DNA from: Podarcis filfolensis
Taxonomy: Eukaryota
Strand: one strand, 5' to 3'
Assembly: GCA_964270895.1 (NCBI GenBank)
Contig: OZ185437.1
DNA: 64,000 nt
Shown: piece by piece, positions 27,393 to 40,560 of the stretch
How the letters are laid out: the number at the start of each line of letters is the position of its first letter
How positions within the stretch are numbered: the first letter of the stretch is position 1
Translations under genes and position numbers: made by a program
The notes under the pieces: model-generated
The model's database searches: none
The model's input: only the letters and a program-made list of their open reading frames with translations
Told to the model about the DNA's origin: nothing

Positions 27393-30300
27393 TTATTCCT
27401 TTATATGTCAGGTAAGTCTTTTGGACAGTTTTGAAGAGGAGAAGATCTCTAAGCCTTCTATTAGTCCTTGGTGTCTATTTAAACTGCAATTTAAGGTTAC
27501 GATCACTGTCACGGTGCTTGTTTTCATAGCAATGCAATACTCCGGCTGATTTCAAAGCCTTCAGGGCAGTTATTGAAATTTTCTGATGTCCTGTAGTAAT
27601 GCTCTTTCTCCTATGAACACAGGATATTGAGCAAGTATCCCTATCCCCACATTCCAGTGGTTCAGATACTTAATCAAAAACATTATTGGGTATTTATTTC
27701 ATTTTCTTTGTTGTTTACATATGTAAACTTATGGAGGCTGAGTTGTGTAGCTATAGTATCTTTTCCAGAGTTGCCCTTTCACCTAGCAAACTGACATTTT
27801 ACAGAATAGTTTATGAAATAAGCACAGTAGAAGGAAACTAATACTGATTCTGTTGTTGGTTGTGTGTGATGTTACATAACTTTTTTCTGTTGCTTTTCTG
27901 TATACTTATTCTCTGCCAAATAGTCCCTTTTCTTTTGAAGTTCCATACAAACAGTCAGAAACCCACTTTTAGGCATATGGAAATCATCACGACTACTAAG
28001 ATGCTAAATTGTTCTCAACTTGTTTAATCAGAATGACATTTAAAGACAAATACCAGTTTCTGGTATTTCATTCTAGATGCTGCCCTGGTAACCATGATTA
28101 CTCCAAAACGAGGAGCATATTGGCTAATTTAAGGGAGCATTCTATAAAAGAGAGAAAATATTTTCCTTTTTTAGGACATCTTATGACGAGTCTTCAGTCC
28201 ATTCAGGAGGCAGAAGCCTATTTTTGATGTGTGATGTCACTAATGTGGCCCCCTGCTGTAACCCCAAGACTGGAATTTGCCCTACACCCAAAGGTTAGTG
28301 AGTGTGATTAGGCTAGGAGTTAGTTGCATTATGGTTGATAGCCTCATGGGCAGTCAGTGTAGTCTATAGGAGCAGACTTTGGATATGTTTTCTCCCTAGA
28401 AACCCTACAATTTTTTTTTTAATCGTTCTGAAAGGAAGGTGGGGGAACTTCTGAATTTAAATATCAATACACGTGGTGCAAGTTGGAAATTTCATTTTCT
28501 AAAGTTGATTTCCAACATGATTTGCATTAATGTAGTACCCATTTTAAAAAGACAGCAAAAAGCAAGGATACTTCTGGAGTTCCTCTCACATAAATGCTGA
28601 GCACTCTAGGTGTGCAGATACTCAAGGATTCATTCTCACAATTCTATGAAAGTAGCAATTTATGGATTCGAGATTGATTTTTATCAACTTAAAAATACTA
28701 GTCTTTAGTTGGAAACAGAGGCTTACCTAGGGTTCCTTGTGCCCTTGGCAACGAGCTGTATTGGCACACCCCCCCCCAGAAGAAAAACACTTTACCACAA
28801 CAGCCAAATTAAAGATTACTACGTCTTACACAACCCAAGTACTCAAAGCACCTGCAGTGAGGGTGAGGTAAGGAGGAAGGGCAAAAAAGTCTGCACACCT
28901 TTCTATCGTGGTGCGAGAAGGATGGGGAACTTCTCTTGCATTTGAGCTGGCCATGATCGCAGCAGCAGCGCATCACTGCACACATATACGCCATACACTC
29001 CATGGTCTTGATCGGTGAATTTTGTACCCCCTGGCAGGGGCCGGGTTCACCAACCCCTAGGTATGTCTCTGCTTGGAAATAGAGGGTGGAATATATATAA
29101 CAAGCACATAAATCAGTATTTTATAAACGATTGAGTTATATCATTTTTAGGGTTTTCTACATGTCTGCCATAATATCTGTGTGCAGGAGAGAAGCTACTA
29201 GTTGAGTGGGATATATCTTCATTACTGATTTCCATTGGAGGTGGATACTTTAGGAGACGTTTGTGAATTCTTTGAGTCCCAAATCTAATTCTTGTTTTGT
29301 GCCAGTGTGAAGCAATGGAAACACTTACATTGTATTAATGAATGGTTACTCTGGTGTCAGTTATTTAGCACTAATAATTCTACTTAAAATTTGAATATTG
29401 AGCAAAATTTGTAAAACATATCCAGGTAGTCATCTAAAAATATTGTGGCATAATAGCTAGTGAACTTGCTACCAACATCCATGCAATAATGGCAGGTCCG
29501 TGAGACTATCTCCCCCCCTCCCCTCCAGAGTTTTCAATCAGTGACACGCTAAATCATCAGCACTACCTTTCCCCTTCATTAGTTCCTCTGAGTGGAAGCA
29601 GGTTACCTATTGTGAGTAGGGTAAAGGTTTTGCCCATGCTACCACGGTATTCCCTAGGGACAACACTCAACTGTTCTCCAAAGGAATGAGTAACAAATCA
29701 ATCATAGAAAAAATGTGAGAGCAGTAAAATCTGATTAAGTTAACAGCTTTTATAAGAAATATATAAAACTATCAATTGGAACTAGATACATGGCAGCTGT
29801 TAACAGCTTACATAAAAATAAAATAGAAAATATTGGCTGTGGAGTGCACATTTTTGTGAAGATATAATCTATAGAATGAGAAAAAATGGTAAGTGTAAAT
29901 AAGTTGTTTCTATTTAGCTGTTTCAGTGTTAAAATTAAGGCATGTATGAACATTGCTATTTAATTGGTAATGTTATAACCAAATCTATTTTGGTATGTTT
30001 TCATGTAATATTTGTCATAAATAAAATTATTTTTCAAATATAGTTGAAGCTGAAAAAGTAGCAAATGGAGCATTTTTCATGGGCTCAAGTAGTACCTTTT
30101 TATATGGTCTCAAGGCATGTACTCAGCAACGTTGGGGCAGAGGCGAAATCTCCTGCTCTCCCAACCTCTAATTCCCATGTGTCAGTGTGAATTTTTGCCT
30201 TCTGCAACAAGTCTGCCTGATGGGCAACACCAATCAAGAAACACTTTTTACACATTACATCCAATTATGTGCATCATCCACCATCTCAAATAGTGGTGAT

Positions 30301-31040
30301 ATTGGATGATAATTTCATTTATTTTCATATTTGATATAGTATGCATATTCTTACATAAGAATGTTTTAATATTCAGTGTTCTTAATATAGTACTAGTTAT
30401 CTGTTTTAGTTATCCTGAAGCAAGTATTCTTTGAAATATGTTGGGTCAATTAGATTGCTAAATAAATTCTTTGAACTTTCTTTCCCTTTTTTCATTTCCT
30501 CATTACTGCCCATTTGTGTTAAGAACTGATGAAAATCTCTTTTTTACAAGTTGTAGTCCTGCAGAGGGAAAACCTAAGGATTGACTACCGTATATTTTTA
30601 TATTATCCACAGAAGTCTAATAAAGTCTTATGGGCTGTACCTTTGGCAGTGGCATCAGTGATGGATAGGAACCTACCTCCTTCATGCAGATTTTCACTTG
30701 TTTCACACTTAGAATACTGATGTCTCACAAATGTAAAAAATAAATACTTGTTTTCCACTTTGCAAGGAGTTTGGTTCAAGTGGGATAAAATTCTTTACTT
30801 TTCACAATCCCAACTGAATCCAGCTCCTCAGTCTGAAGAATGACTAATAGTTTCAAGATGCACCACTTCTTTCACTTCCAAAACTAGGTCCCCAGTTTGG
30901 TGGGCATGTATCTTGGATGCAGTGCCTTCCCTGCTTCAAATGGTTCCAAGCATTTCTATCTCTCTGCCTATTCGTAGAATCTTATAGTTGGAAGGGACCC
31001 AAGGGTCTTCTAGCCCAACCCCCTGCAATGCAGGAATCTC

Positions 31041-32170
31041 TCTTTTTTTTAAGAATAATTTTTTATTAACCGACCAATCACATCAAATCAAACCAAATTA
31101 CATAAATTCCAAATTACGCAGCCGAATTTTAAATTTTTGTTGGGGGTACCCATATTTCAAGTTCTGAAGGGAATCCAATCAACTTCTTGCTTCTTACTGC
31201 TGTTTTAATGTCCACAAATCTAACCTTATGATGTTCACAGTACTATCCGGTCCTTTCTTCTTGTTTTTCCACATCTCTTGTTGTTATTTTCATAAGTTTT
31301 TCCTTTCTCTTTGTGACCTCTGATAGTCTCCACAAGCTGGTTAGACACTTTGTAATCCTGCGTGGATATTATTATTTTTTATCCAGTAGCCATATCCAGA
31401 CATTTCCCATGTAACATCACTTCTATACATCAAACCAGTCTTGGCATCATTAATCTTCACCAATCTGCCTCCTTTCTCAAAACCTCTGAGGAGATTCACC
31501 AGGAATGCAGTCTGAAAACAAGTCCATTCCTTCTCTCGGCTATAAATCCTTTGGCAAGATGGCGACTCCAAATTAATTGCTGCGCCATTCCAAAAGCTCT
31601 TATTGCTTCTCGATCTCCATAAAGCATACTTTTGGTTAAAGTTTATCTCCACACAGACCTTAATCATCCTGCTTGGGTCAGTTCAACTGATGATTCTAAT
31701 GAGGAGGGGTTCTTGTAAATCACAAAGAAGGAAAATAAAAAAGGTTCCCCCCCCCCATTCAGTCCCGTTGTCAACATACCCAGCCTTTGGTGTATCTTCA
31801 TCGTAAAATATTCCTGTTTCTCCAACCCGTCGTCGTCTTTCGCAGAGGTCACTTAAATTAGCAGACTTCACTCCCCTTCTTCACTTGAAATATGTGCATT
31901 TGCTTCTTTTGTAATTAATTATTCCAAATTACTGCAGCTAGTGCGCGATCAGAGACAGCGTCCAGGAGAGCCGAGGTCCACACGGGGGCATTCTGCCTAG
32001 GGCCCTCACCCCCTTCTTTTGAATTAGGGGCTGATTTATGGGCACAGCAGGCAAGGGCAGTGTTCCCCAGGGAGGCTGCCTACTCCCATAACAGCCTCTT
32101 AATTACCCCGTGTGGGTCGGAGAGATGGTATGGTCGGCCATCTTCCAATGCGCCCCCTAGTGGCCCCCCG
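31041..32170 (-). mobile_element. Non-autonomous L1-like retroposon, 1130 bp, apparently full length
   Basis: Exact 18-bp TSD ctgcaatgcaggaatctc (31023-31040 and 32171-32188). On the minus strand: AATAAA (31062-31067) followed by A8; G-rich, CpG-rich 5' end containing AAGATGGCCG; no long ORF. Confidence 0.75.
32135..32166 (-). promoter_or_regulatory. Adjacent CTCF-like (GGGCCACTAGGGGGCGCAT) and YY1-like (AAGATGGCCG) motifs at the retroposon 5' end
   Basis: Plus-strand cggccatctt at 32135-32144 and atgcgccccctagtggccc at 32148-32166. Motif match only; binding is untested. Confidence 0.5.
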
Positions 32171-32682
32171 CTGCAATGCAGGAATCTCAGCTGAAGCATC
32201 CATGATATTTCCATGTGACAAAGAATGTTGGGAAATGCCTATTGGATATATTCCCCAAAAATAGAGTGTAGGTGGACGAAGGTGCTATATATTGCAGGGA
32301 CCCGAAGGGCTACAGTTTGTATCTTCTCAGCTTTCTGTGTCAGCCCTGCTAATGGAGTCTACTTCACCCCCACAGATGGATTGCACCCAAGTGATGTGCT
32401 TTAAAATTTATATATCCAACTCATCATCACTGAAGAGGAAAGGAGCACTGTACACTTGTAGAAGTTGAGTAATTACAAACCAGGGTCTTAATTTGCAGTT
32501 GGTATTATTAAAGAATATAGGTTGAAAAGCTCCCCAGATTCCTGCTTTTCCCCCACCCCGGTTGCCTTCTAAATTACGCTGTTCTTGCTCATGAATTGAG
32601 GAAAGGATCAGTTGTCAAGAAGCTGACAGATAACAAGCAATATTTTCATGATGGGAAGTGTGAGGTGGTGGGATTTGATTAT

Positions 32683-32832
32683 AGGTAGGTAGCAGTGTTG
32701 GTCTGCCATAGTCGAAACAAAATAAATAAAATAATATAATATAATAAAAAAAAATTCCTTCCGGTAGCACCTTAGAAACCAACTAAGTTAGTTATTGGTA
32801 TGAGCTTCCATGTGCATGCACACTTCTTCAGA
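32683..32832. mobile_element. Penelope-like element terminal fragment
   Basis: ggtagcagtgttggtctgccatagtcgaaac...gtagcaccttagaaaccaactaag...gtgcatgcacacttcttcagat resembles recalled squamate Penelope ends. Confidence 0.5.
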
Positions 32833-33627
32833 TTTTTGATGTGTAGCAGAAGGCTTGGCTTGGCATCTCTTCTACCCAAAGCTCCAGGAAATGTATTCTT
32901 AAGGGTGCTTTCTGTTATCAAAGAATCATTTAGAACAAGTTCACAAAGGCAGAACAGGAAAATACTTTAAATTTTCCCCTTAAACTTTATGGCGTAAAAG
33001 GAACGTTTACAGAGCTGTTCAAGCCCCAACAATCAAAGTGCTGTGCACCAGGGCTTTGAGATGCAAATGATCAGTAGTGCCTGCAAAACCCCCTTTGGCC
33101 CAGTCATGTCTTTACTTGCCCTACACCTGACGTGATATAGGCCAGTGGGTGTGGCTTGGGCTTTAGGCCAAATGGGGAGGCCTGGCAGACCTAATTAGAG
33201 GCTGGAGGTTCCCTGTCCCTGCAATCAAGGCTCATCTATCTGCAATACACAACATTTCCTAGCCTGATGATTCCTGTCATGATTCACTTTCACATCACTA
33301 GTGTGCAATTAGACCCCTTCCAGAATGAAGAAGGAAATCTGCTTTACAGTTCTACAGCAGAAAATTTCACCTTTCCTCATGAAGTTGCCTTTGTTCCTTT
33401 TTGTTGTTCCTTTGAGACCAACATTTAGTACAGAGACAATAAATGTTTCCATCACTTTCCTGTGTTATTGTTGAGTCACTTCTGTTTCTCTTTCTTGACC
33501 CTGACTTTTGCTGTGATACAACATGGTCATGTGGACTTTCTGATGCTATGAATGCACAGTTTATGAAGTCTTGTATCGAAGTTTTCTGATATTGCAGCAG
33601 AGTGATAGAATAATTTGGGAATCTGTA

Positions 33628-33859
33628 CAGTGGTACCTTGGGTTAAGAACTTAATTCGTTCTAGAGGTCTGTTCTTAACCTGAAACTGTTCTTAACCTGA
33701 GGTACCATTTTAGCTAATGGGGCCTGCTGCGCCGCTACCGCGCGATTTCTGTTCTCATCCTGAAGCAAGTTCTTAACCTGAAGCACTATTTCTGGTTTAG
33801 CAGAGTCTGTAACCTGAAGCATTTGTAACCTGAAACTTCTGTAACCCGAGGTACCACTG
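33628..33859 (+). mobile_element. Tc1/mariner-type MITE, copy 2
   Basis: TA|cagtggtacc...ggtaccactg|TA; reverse complement of 4298-4533. Confidence 0.85.
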
Positions 33860-34432
33860 TATTGATAGAAGAAGTAAAAAAATACAGAGAGGATACATTT
33901 GCTTTGTTTTATACCATAGCTAGAAGTAGCTTTATAATGTGGGAAATAAAAATGACATCAAAGAAACCTAGAAAGGCATCTGGTTTCACAAGCTACGCTA
34001 CAGGCATTTTAGGAAATGAGCAATTCTGTAACTTGAAAGAATTAAAAAAAAAAGTAGTACATTGTGGTTTGCTTTGTTTCATAATAGTTTAATGCAGGAT
34101 TATTGCTGTATACTTGGCTGGAATATTCAAGTCACAGGGCTCATTGTTAATCTGATTTTCACCTTGTGTTTTGATCTGATGGACTAATTTCAATTTACAT
34201 TTTAATGCCTTTTCAAATGTGTTGTATGTAAAATATCACTGGCCTTGAGTTTTTATAGTTCAAAAATTTCAAGTCTACATGTAATTAATCCAATAGTCAA
34301 TATAGCATATAGCACTTTTTACAAAGCATGTTCTGGGAATTATGGGATTTCTTGACCAGTTTAGCAGTGAGAAGATCTAATCTAGTGGAAAACTGAAAAC
34401 CAAAGGTACAGTCTCTGAAGCTTTAACATTAT

Positions 34433-34580
34433 ATAGCATGGGTGACTGGTCTGTGGCCCTCCAAATGTTGTTGGATTACTACTCCCATAATCCCTAATCA
34501 TTGACAATTGGTTGTTCTCTGTGGTGCTGATGGGAGTTGAAATTGGACGGCATCTGACTGGGCCACAAATTATTACTCTA
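34433..34580. mobile_element. Degraded hAT-type MITE related to 47221-47356
   Basis: Shares ggccctccaaatgttg...actcccat...tgatgggagttg with the 47221 element. Confidence 0.45.
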
Positions 34581-35892
34581 GTGTAGGGGTGGCTATATTT
34601 CTAAATAAGTTTAAATGTCAGAGCTGCTTTTCTAGTAACAGTACTAGATTGTTATTTACCATTGCTATGAATTGTCCAAGCGTTCCCTAATTACACAAAT
34701 TTCAATAGTATTAGCTATTACATTGCAATTATTTTGAAGAATTACTCTCTGAAGTATTTTGCTGTGTTAGCTGATGATTGCTGCATACAACAAAACTCTT
34801 ATTACTTCCACTAGTCCTTCAATCCTAAAAAAAGCTCAACAGCTCTGGCCCTCTTTGAAAAAAGTTTGGACACCACTGCAGGATGTTAGTCTTGCACTTC
34901 ATGTGTATGACTTCAGCAATCTAATGTTCTAGTCAAAGTAGAAAATAACAAGATATATATTTTATGCATGTGTTTTAATGCAGTAGTCTTAGTAAGTCTA
35001 AAAACTGGATTCATTTTTTGTTTATAGCAAAGCCTTTATGCAGTGCATATCCCATTTATTACATGTCATATCTGATTATCATTTTATTATAAATCAAGTT
35101 TGTCATTGCCTTGTAAAATCAAATGTCGCCTTTTCAGATGTGCATAGTTGGTGAGATGTTGATGAATGCTGATTTACACCAGGAGAATTCTCGGTTCTTG
35201 ACTAATAGTACATTTTTAATATAGCATGATGTGAAAGTTTTATGATTTTCATCAGATTGGAGGTTGACCGATTATCACATGATGTAATTTCAGTTGACCA
35301 TTCAGACTTCCAAAATCAGTTGTATAGGAAACATTTTGTAGGCTCGCTCACTTCCACATGCATTGATTATGGCAATTGCACACTAAATGCACACTAGCTA
35401 AAAAGATCAATGAGTACATTGCTGTAGGGAAGCATAGCATTGAAACAAAGTCATTATGAAAATTGTGTCTTTCACCAATACTGCAGACAAACATGATAGT
35501 ACAAACATTGCAATATTTTAATTGTACCCTTGTCAAAAGATACAGGTGTTCTCTTCAGTTTAACAGTACACCAAAAGCAATTGGAAATATATATCTATAT
35601 ATTTTTCTCATTTGCACCACTGTACTATACCATTGTATTAGGTTTTCAATAGCAGTTTTAAACCAAACAAAGTGAGTTTAAATAGTTTAACTACTTTTGC
35701 AACAGACGTAAAATGATTTGTTAAAGAAAACTATCTTCAGAATCAGTGTTACAGTTTTTCATTAAAATAGTATTTTATCACATTATTTAATCACATGAAC
35801 TATGGTGGAGTATTTAAGCAATATTTGAATGAAATTGTTAAGATTTCTGCTTATTGCTTTGAATAAGTTCTGATTTCCCCTCCTTTGATCAG

Positions 35893-36016
35893 GCAATCCA
35901 TTCTGTAGCTTGGCACCACGAAGGAAAGCAATTTATCTGTAGCCATTCGGACGGCACCTTGACTATATGGAATGTAAGGAATCCTACCAAGCCATTTCAG
36001 ACAATCACTCCACATG
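35893..36016 (+). CDS. STXBP5: STXBP5 exon (~8), 124 nt: AIHSVAWHHEGKQFICSHSDGTLTIWNVRNPTKPFQTITPH(G)
   Basis: Acceptor cctttgatcag, donor CATG|gtaagt; phase 0 to 1. Confidence 0.96.
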
Positions 36017-37421
36017 GTAAGTTCAAAATGGAAGTGTGTTCTATTCAACATTGTGTATACATTATGCTTTAGAGTGATTTGCAGGCTAAGTCATTTAAAC
36101 TGCCGGTGGCTGCTACTTCATGCCACTCTATTCTTGAGGACCATGTGCTGAAAGAAGGTATTAAACTGTACCATATATTTTCAACTGCTGCTGCTTATAT
36201 CACCTGCATTGTCTCCTGTAGTCAGGATTTGGCTTTGACAGTCCATTGCTTTGGAGGCTAAGTGTGGAGTTGTTTATTAATCAAGGCAGTATTGCAAAAG
36301 AAAACTAGTTCAGGTGGACCTCTTGTGGCCCAAGGTAGAATAGGACCAGGCAGCTTTTTCTGGTTACGTATTTTATTAGGGTTGTGAACTAGCTCAGTAA
36401 GGGGCAACAACCTGGTTTCCTCTGGTGGTTTCAACAAATGCTTGATGTGCAGAAGGCAGCAGGTGAAGGTTTTCATGCCGTGGATCTAAACACTGATGTC
36501 TGCAGAGCTGCTTCAAATGTTAGTTTTCCTGGTTATTATGGGCATGCCAACTACTAACCTAACGTGTGAGGGGGTGGAAGGAGTCAGCAAACTAGCACAA
36601 CACTATTGTAATCCAAGATTGTTTTCACCCTAAGTGCAGGCACAGTAGTACATTTATCATAAGATTGCCAGGGAAAATCCAAGGCTACACTGTTGTACAC
36701 CTTTGTGTGTACCTTTCACAACTTTAGGAATTTTGATGTGTAGTATGATCATATTCTTACTATTGTATGTCCAAAAAGATGTCTGCAGCGGCACCTTATC
36801 AGACTTATGCATTAACGTAAAAATGTCTAGGTTTTACCTGCTTTGCAGTGCTTTGCAGTTTTGTATAGCTTTCTTACAAATTAGCAGAACATGTAATTAG
36901 CCTATTAGCCCTGAAAAGGTTCTCACTATTTATGTAAATTAGTAACTGTAAAAGGTTCTAATCAGTTTATACAGTGTTTATATAGTGGAGATGATTTTTT
37001 GTGAAACTGGCAATTTGCTGGTCAAACCTGCTTTCTTTTAAAATATATCACGACCAAATGTTGAAATAAAGTAGTTTTTCTGACAGCAATACAATGAAGG
37101 GGGGGATTCTTTATTCTTCATAATTCTCCAACTCAGTCCTGTGCATGTTTATGTGGGAGTAAATCCCATTGACTTCAGTGGATTGAGACTTTCTTCCAGG
37201 TAAGAGAGCACATGGGGTGTTGGTTATTACAGCCAAATATCTACTGTTTATAAGAAAAGCAATTGAGTTATTTGCATTAAATCTGCAAGGATAGTATGAT
37301 GCATACTTGGTAGTGTTTATATAACCTTTTAAATATATGGGACTATTCTTAAGATTTTGGTGTGATTTCTGAGATTTATCAAATTATTTTTAAATGTAAA
37401 TAAGAAAATATTTTGTTTTAG

Positions 37422-37500
37422 GAAAGCAGGTAAAAGATGGAAAGAAGCCAGAGCCTTGTAAACCTATTCTTAAAGTGGAATACAAAACTACCAGAGCTGG
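37422..37500 (+). CDS. STXBP5: STXBP5 exon (~9), 79 nt: KQVKDGKKPEPCKPILKVEYKTTRA(G)
   Basis: Acceptor ttttgttttag, donor GG|gtaaga; phase 1 to 2. Confidence 0.95.
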
Positions 37501-38005
37501 GTAAGAATTAGGAAACAGTTACTTAACTTTGTTTTGGATATTTGTAGAGAAAAAATAAGGACTTTGCAAGGCAAAATAATCTAAACAGCTATTGAAGTAC
37601 TTCCATGATTTTAAAATGTGACAAACCCACCATCACTTTGTTTATTCATGAAACCTTCAGTTCTATTCAGCGGTGTTGCTGTTGCTGCTGTTACTGCATA
37701 AAAATAGACTGGAAGCAAGGATGGTTGTGAAAGTAAATGGTTCCTCAAACTCCCATGCACTTCGTCTTCATACAACCTTCATGCAAAAAATATTTATTTG
37801 TTAAAATTAATTGAATGAGAAATCTCTTAAATTCTTGCAACAATTTAAATTACAGACTTGTAATACGTAGGTGTGGAATATGAATTAAAATCATTTGCTG
37901 TAGTAGTAAAGTGGATGTTACTTTGGGCAGGAAAAATACAAGGGGAACAATAGTTCCAGATACACAGAAAAACCTCAAGGGAAATTTTAACACTGAGCTG
38001 GAGTT

Positions 38006-38362
38006 AAAGGTAATGGTAAAGGGACCCCTGACCATTAGGTCCAGTCGTGGCCGACTCTGGGGTTGCGGCGCTCATCTCGCTTTATTGGCTGAGGGAGCCG
38101 GCGTACAGCTTCCAGGTCATGTGGCCAGCATGACTAAGCCACTTCTGGCAAACCAGAGCAGTGCACGGAAATGCTGTTTACCTTCCCGCCGGAGCGGTAC
38201 CTATTTATCTACTTGCACTTTGACGTGCTTTCGAACTGCTAGGCCGGCAGGAGCAGGGACTGAGCAACGGGAGCTCACCCTGTCGCGGGGATTCGAACTG
38301 CCGACCTTCTGATTGGCAAGTCCTAGGCTCTGTGGTTTAACCCACAGCACCACCTGCGTCCC
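38006..38362 (-). mobile_element. Sauria/Squam1-type SINE, copy 2 (full length)
   Basis: TSD tgagctgg at 37994-38001 and 38363-38370; B-box-like gttcgaatccc on the minus strand; near-identical by eye to the 58102 copy. Confidence 0.92.
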
Positions 38363-39649
38363 TGAGCTGGGGGTAGTTGAAAGTAAAACAGAGGGAGCAA
38401 AATTAACATAAAACACCTTGCATTTTACAGTAATTTGGAAGTGGGAGAGGCTAAATGATTAACCAGAATTTCTTCCCAGTTAGGATTTGATGAGTTTTTG
38501 AGGGCTCTTTGACCCCTGTCATGGGTTGAATCACAGAGGAAGTGGTTTTTATTTAATCCTAACTTATTTCACACATGTGCAGGCTCTGCATTGCCCTTCA
38601 AGTTTAAAGAATCCTAGAATAAGGAAAGGGAATGGAATTAGGGTGTGGCATGCATTTTAACCTGTCAGACTTCCATACATCATGTGCAGGGGAAATAAAT
38701 TATTCCCACACTACTGTTCAGATTCAGGATTATGTTCAGATTTATCACAAATATATCACTTTGTGGGTCTCCATTTGTATGTAGTATATATCTAAAAGAG
38801 AAAATAGTCTTTATTGCAAGAGGTCCACAAGATCTCGCTGGAGCCTGCTGCAGCAGCCACTTGTTCCTTCTCTGGTGATGGCGGATGGGGTGTCCTCCAT
38901 GCCATGGCAGAAGTGAGGAGAGGCAGTTGCAACAGCTTCCAGGGAGATCTTGTCAGAACCTGTAAGCTGTCACTGCTGCTTCTCTCTCCTCTGGTGGCAA
39001 GGGGGTACAGCACCCACGGCAGCGCCAGAGACACGAGATGTGGCGGCTTCCTGTGAGATCTGACAAAAGGTTTGCGAGATCTTGCCAGAAGCTGCTGTTG
39101 CTTTTCCTGCAGAGGCAGGTGGTGCATTTGTGGAGACACTGACCCTTGGATTCTGCTGCCTTGAGGCAGCTGTCTCAGTCCACATCATGGATGGGCTGGT
39201 CCTGCCTAAAAGTGAATTTTGAGTTTCACATTTGTATGACGCATCTAAGGAAGGAAAAACAAGTTTTAGCAAGATTAGTTGCATTTCTTGGCAGCATTTT
39301 GCATATGCATCTTTCTGAAGAAGTGGGGAGGTGTACTGAATCCTTGACAATAGTTTGTACAGTTGCTTAAAATATGATTTAAAAGACAAGCAAGTGCCTC
39401 TATTTACACAGATCAACACAATGGGAATAGATTTTTTCAGCTAGTTGTTCAGTCTGTTGGGCAAACTTGTGTTCTTGCACAACTCTTAAGCCAAGCACAC
39501 CTAACACAAAAGGTTAGTGGTATATTGTGCCACATATACAGTGTAGAGTGCTATTGGTTGCTCTCTTGATCTCAGATGATAAGTCTCCTAATGCTGTCTC
39601 TCATAATCTTAACTGTTTGTTTGTTTTTTCTTTCTTTCTTTCTTTCCAG

Positions 39650-39804
39650 AGAACCTTTCATCATCTTGTCAGGTGGCTTGTCATATGATACTGTAGGAAG
39701 AAGACCCTGTTTAACAGTTATGCACGGGAAGAGCACTGCTGTTTTAGAAATGGATTATTCAATAGTTGATTTTCTAACCCTCTGTGAAACTCCATACCCT
39801 AATG
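39650..39804 (+). CDS. STXBP5: STXBP5 exon (~10), 155 nt: EPFIILSGGLSYDTVGRRPCLTVMHGKSTAVLEMDYSIVDFLTLCETPYPN(D)
   Basis: Long polypyrimidine tract ending ttccag, donor AATG|gtaggt; phase 2 to 1. Confidence 0.97.
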
Positions 39805-40145
39805 GTAGGTTCTGGGGAAAAAATCTTCCCACTTGTTTGACTGCTTAATAGCAATTTTTTGCTGCAGTAATTCCAGAATTTTATTTACCGTTTATATAAT
39901 TTCATGGCAGGGTTGGGTGGGGCCATTTCTTCCAAAAGGTTCCTCAAAAATGTTGAAAGATCGTAGATAGTTTTTGAATAACCTGAGGAGAACTTACATA
40001 TCTCTAGTACCATCCTATCTGGACAGCAAGATAGCATTTATGAGAAAGAGTAGTCCTCATATTCTGGAATGTCTTCCATGGGCTGGTGGCTGTGCTGTCT
40101 AATGCATAACCTAATTTTTGTGTGTGATCATTTTTCTTTCGACTA

Positions 40146-40560
40146 AAGATGCTCTCAGGTGGGACGTGAGCTCCCTCTAGTGCTTACAGGCAGGATTGCA
40201 GCTAAATTAAAGTTGTGCTTTCAAGCAGCCAACCCCCACCAGTTTAAACGCCTCCCTTCATGCAGAGAAGTCTCCTTCTCCCTTGGCTCAGGCTCCCTTT
40301 TTTGACTGTTCTTGTCAACTGGTCTTGGTTGTTTGTGGTTGTTCCTTGTGTTATTAAAGGGAGAGAATAAATTTAGCATCTTCCATGTGTGTGTGGAATT
40401 GTTTGTGTGTCTGCCTCAGGGTTGTTTTTTGTGGTAGTTTAATGTTTGTGTCCTGGAGGGCGGTGAGTTGATTGGTTGTGAGTTTGCTGTTTTGTTCACT
40501 TGCCTAGCCTTGTTTTTCCTCTATTGTCAGCTCTACCACTCCCCACTCTGTTTCATACTG
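40146..40560. repeat. Unclassified interspersed repeat, related to 24559-24950
   Basis: Starts aagatgctctcaggtgggacgtgagctccctctagtgc; see the 24559 entry. Confidence 0.55.

Larger units (their letters stand above)
30975..32204. mobile_element. CR1-like 3' end fragment (30975-31040 plus 32171-32204) split by the 1.13-kb insertion
   Basis: tagaatcttatagttggaagggacccaaggg...ctgcaatgcaggaatctcagctgaagcatccatga reads continuously once the insertion and one TSD are removed; recalled as a squamate CR1 end. Confidence 0.55.
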
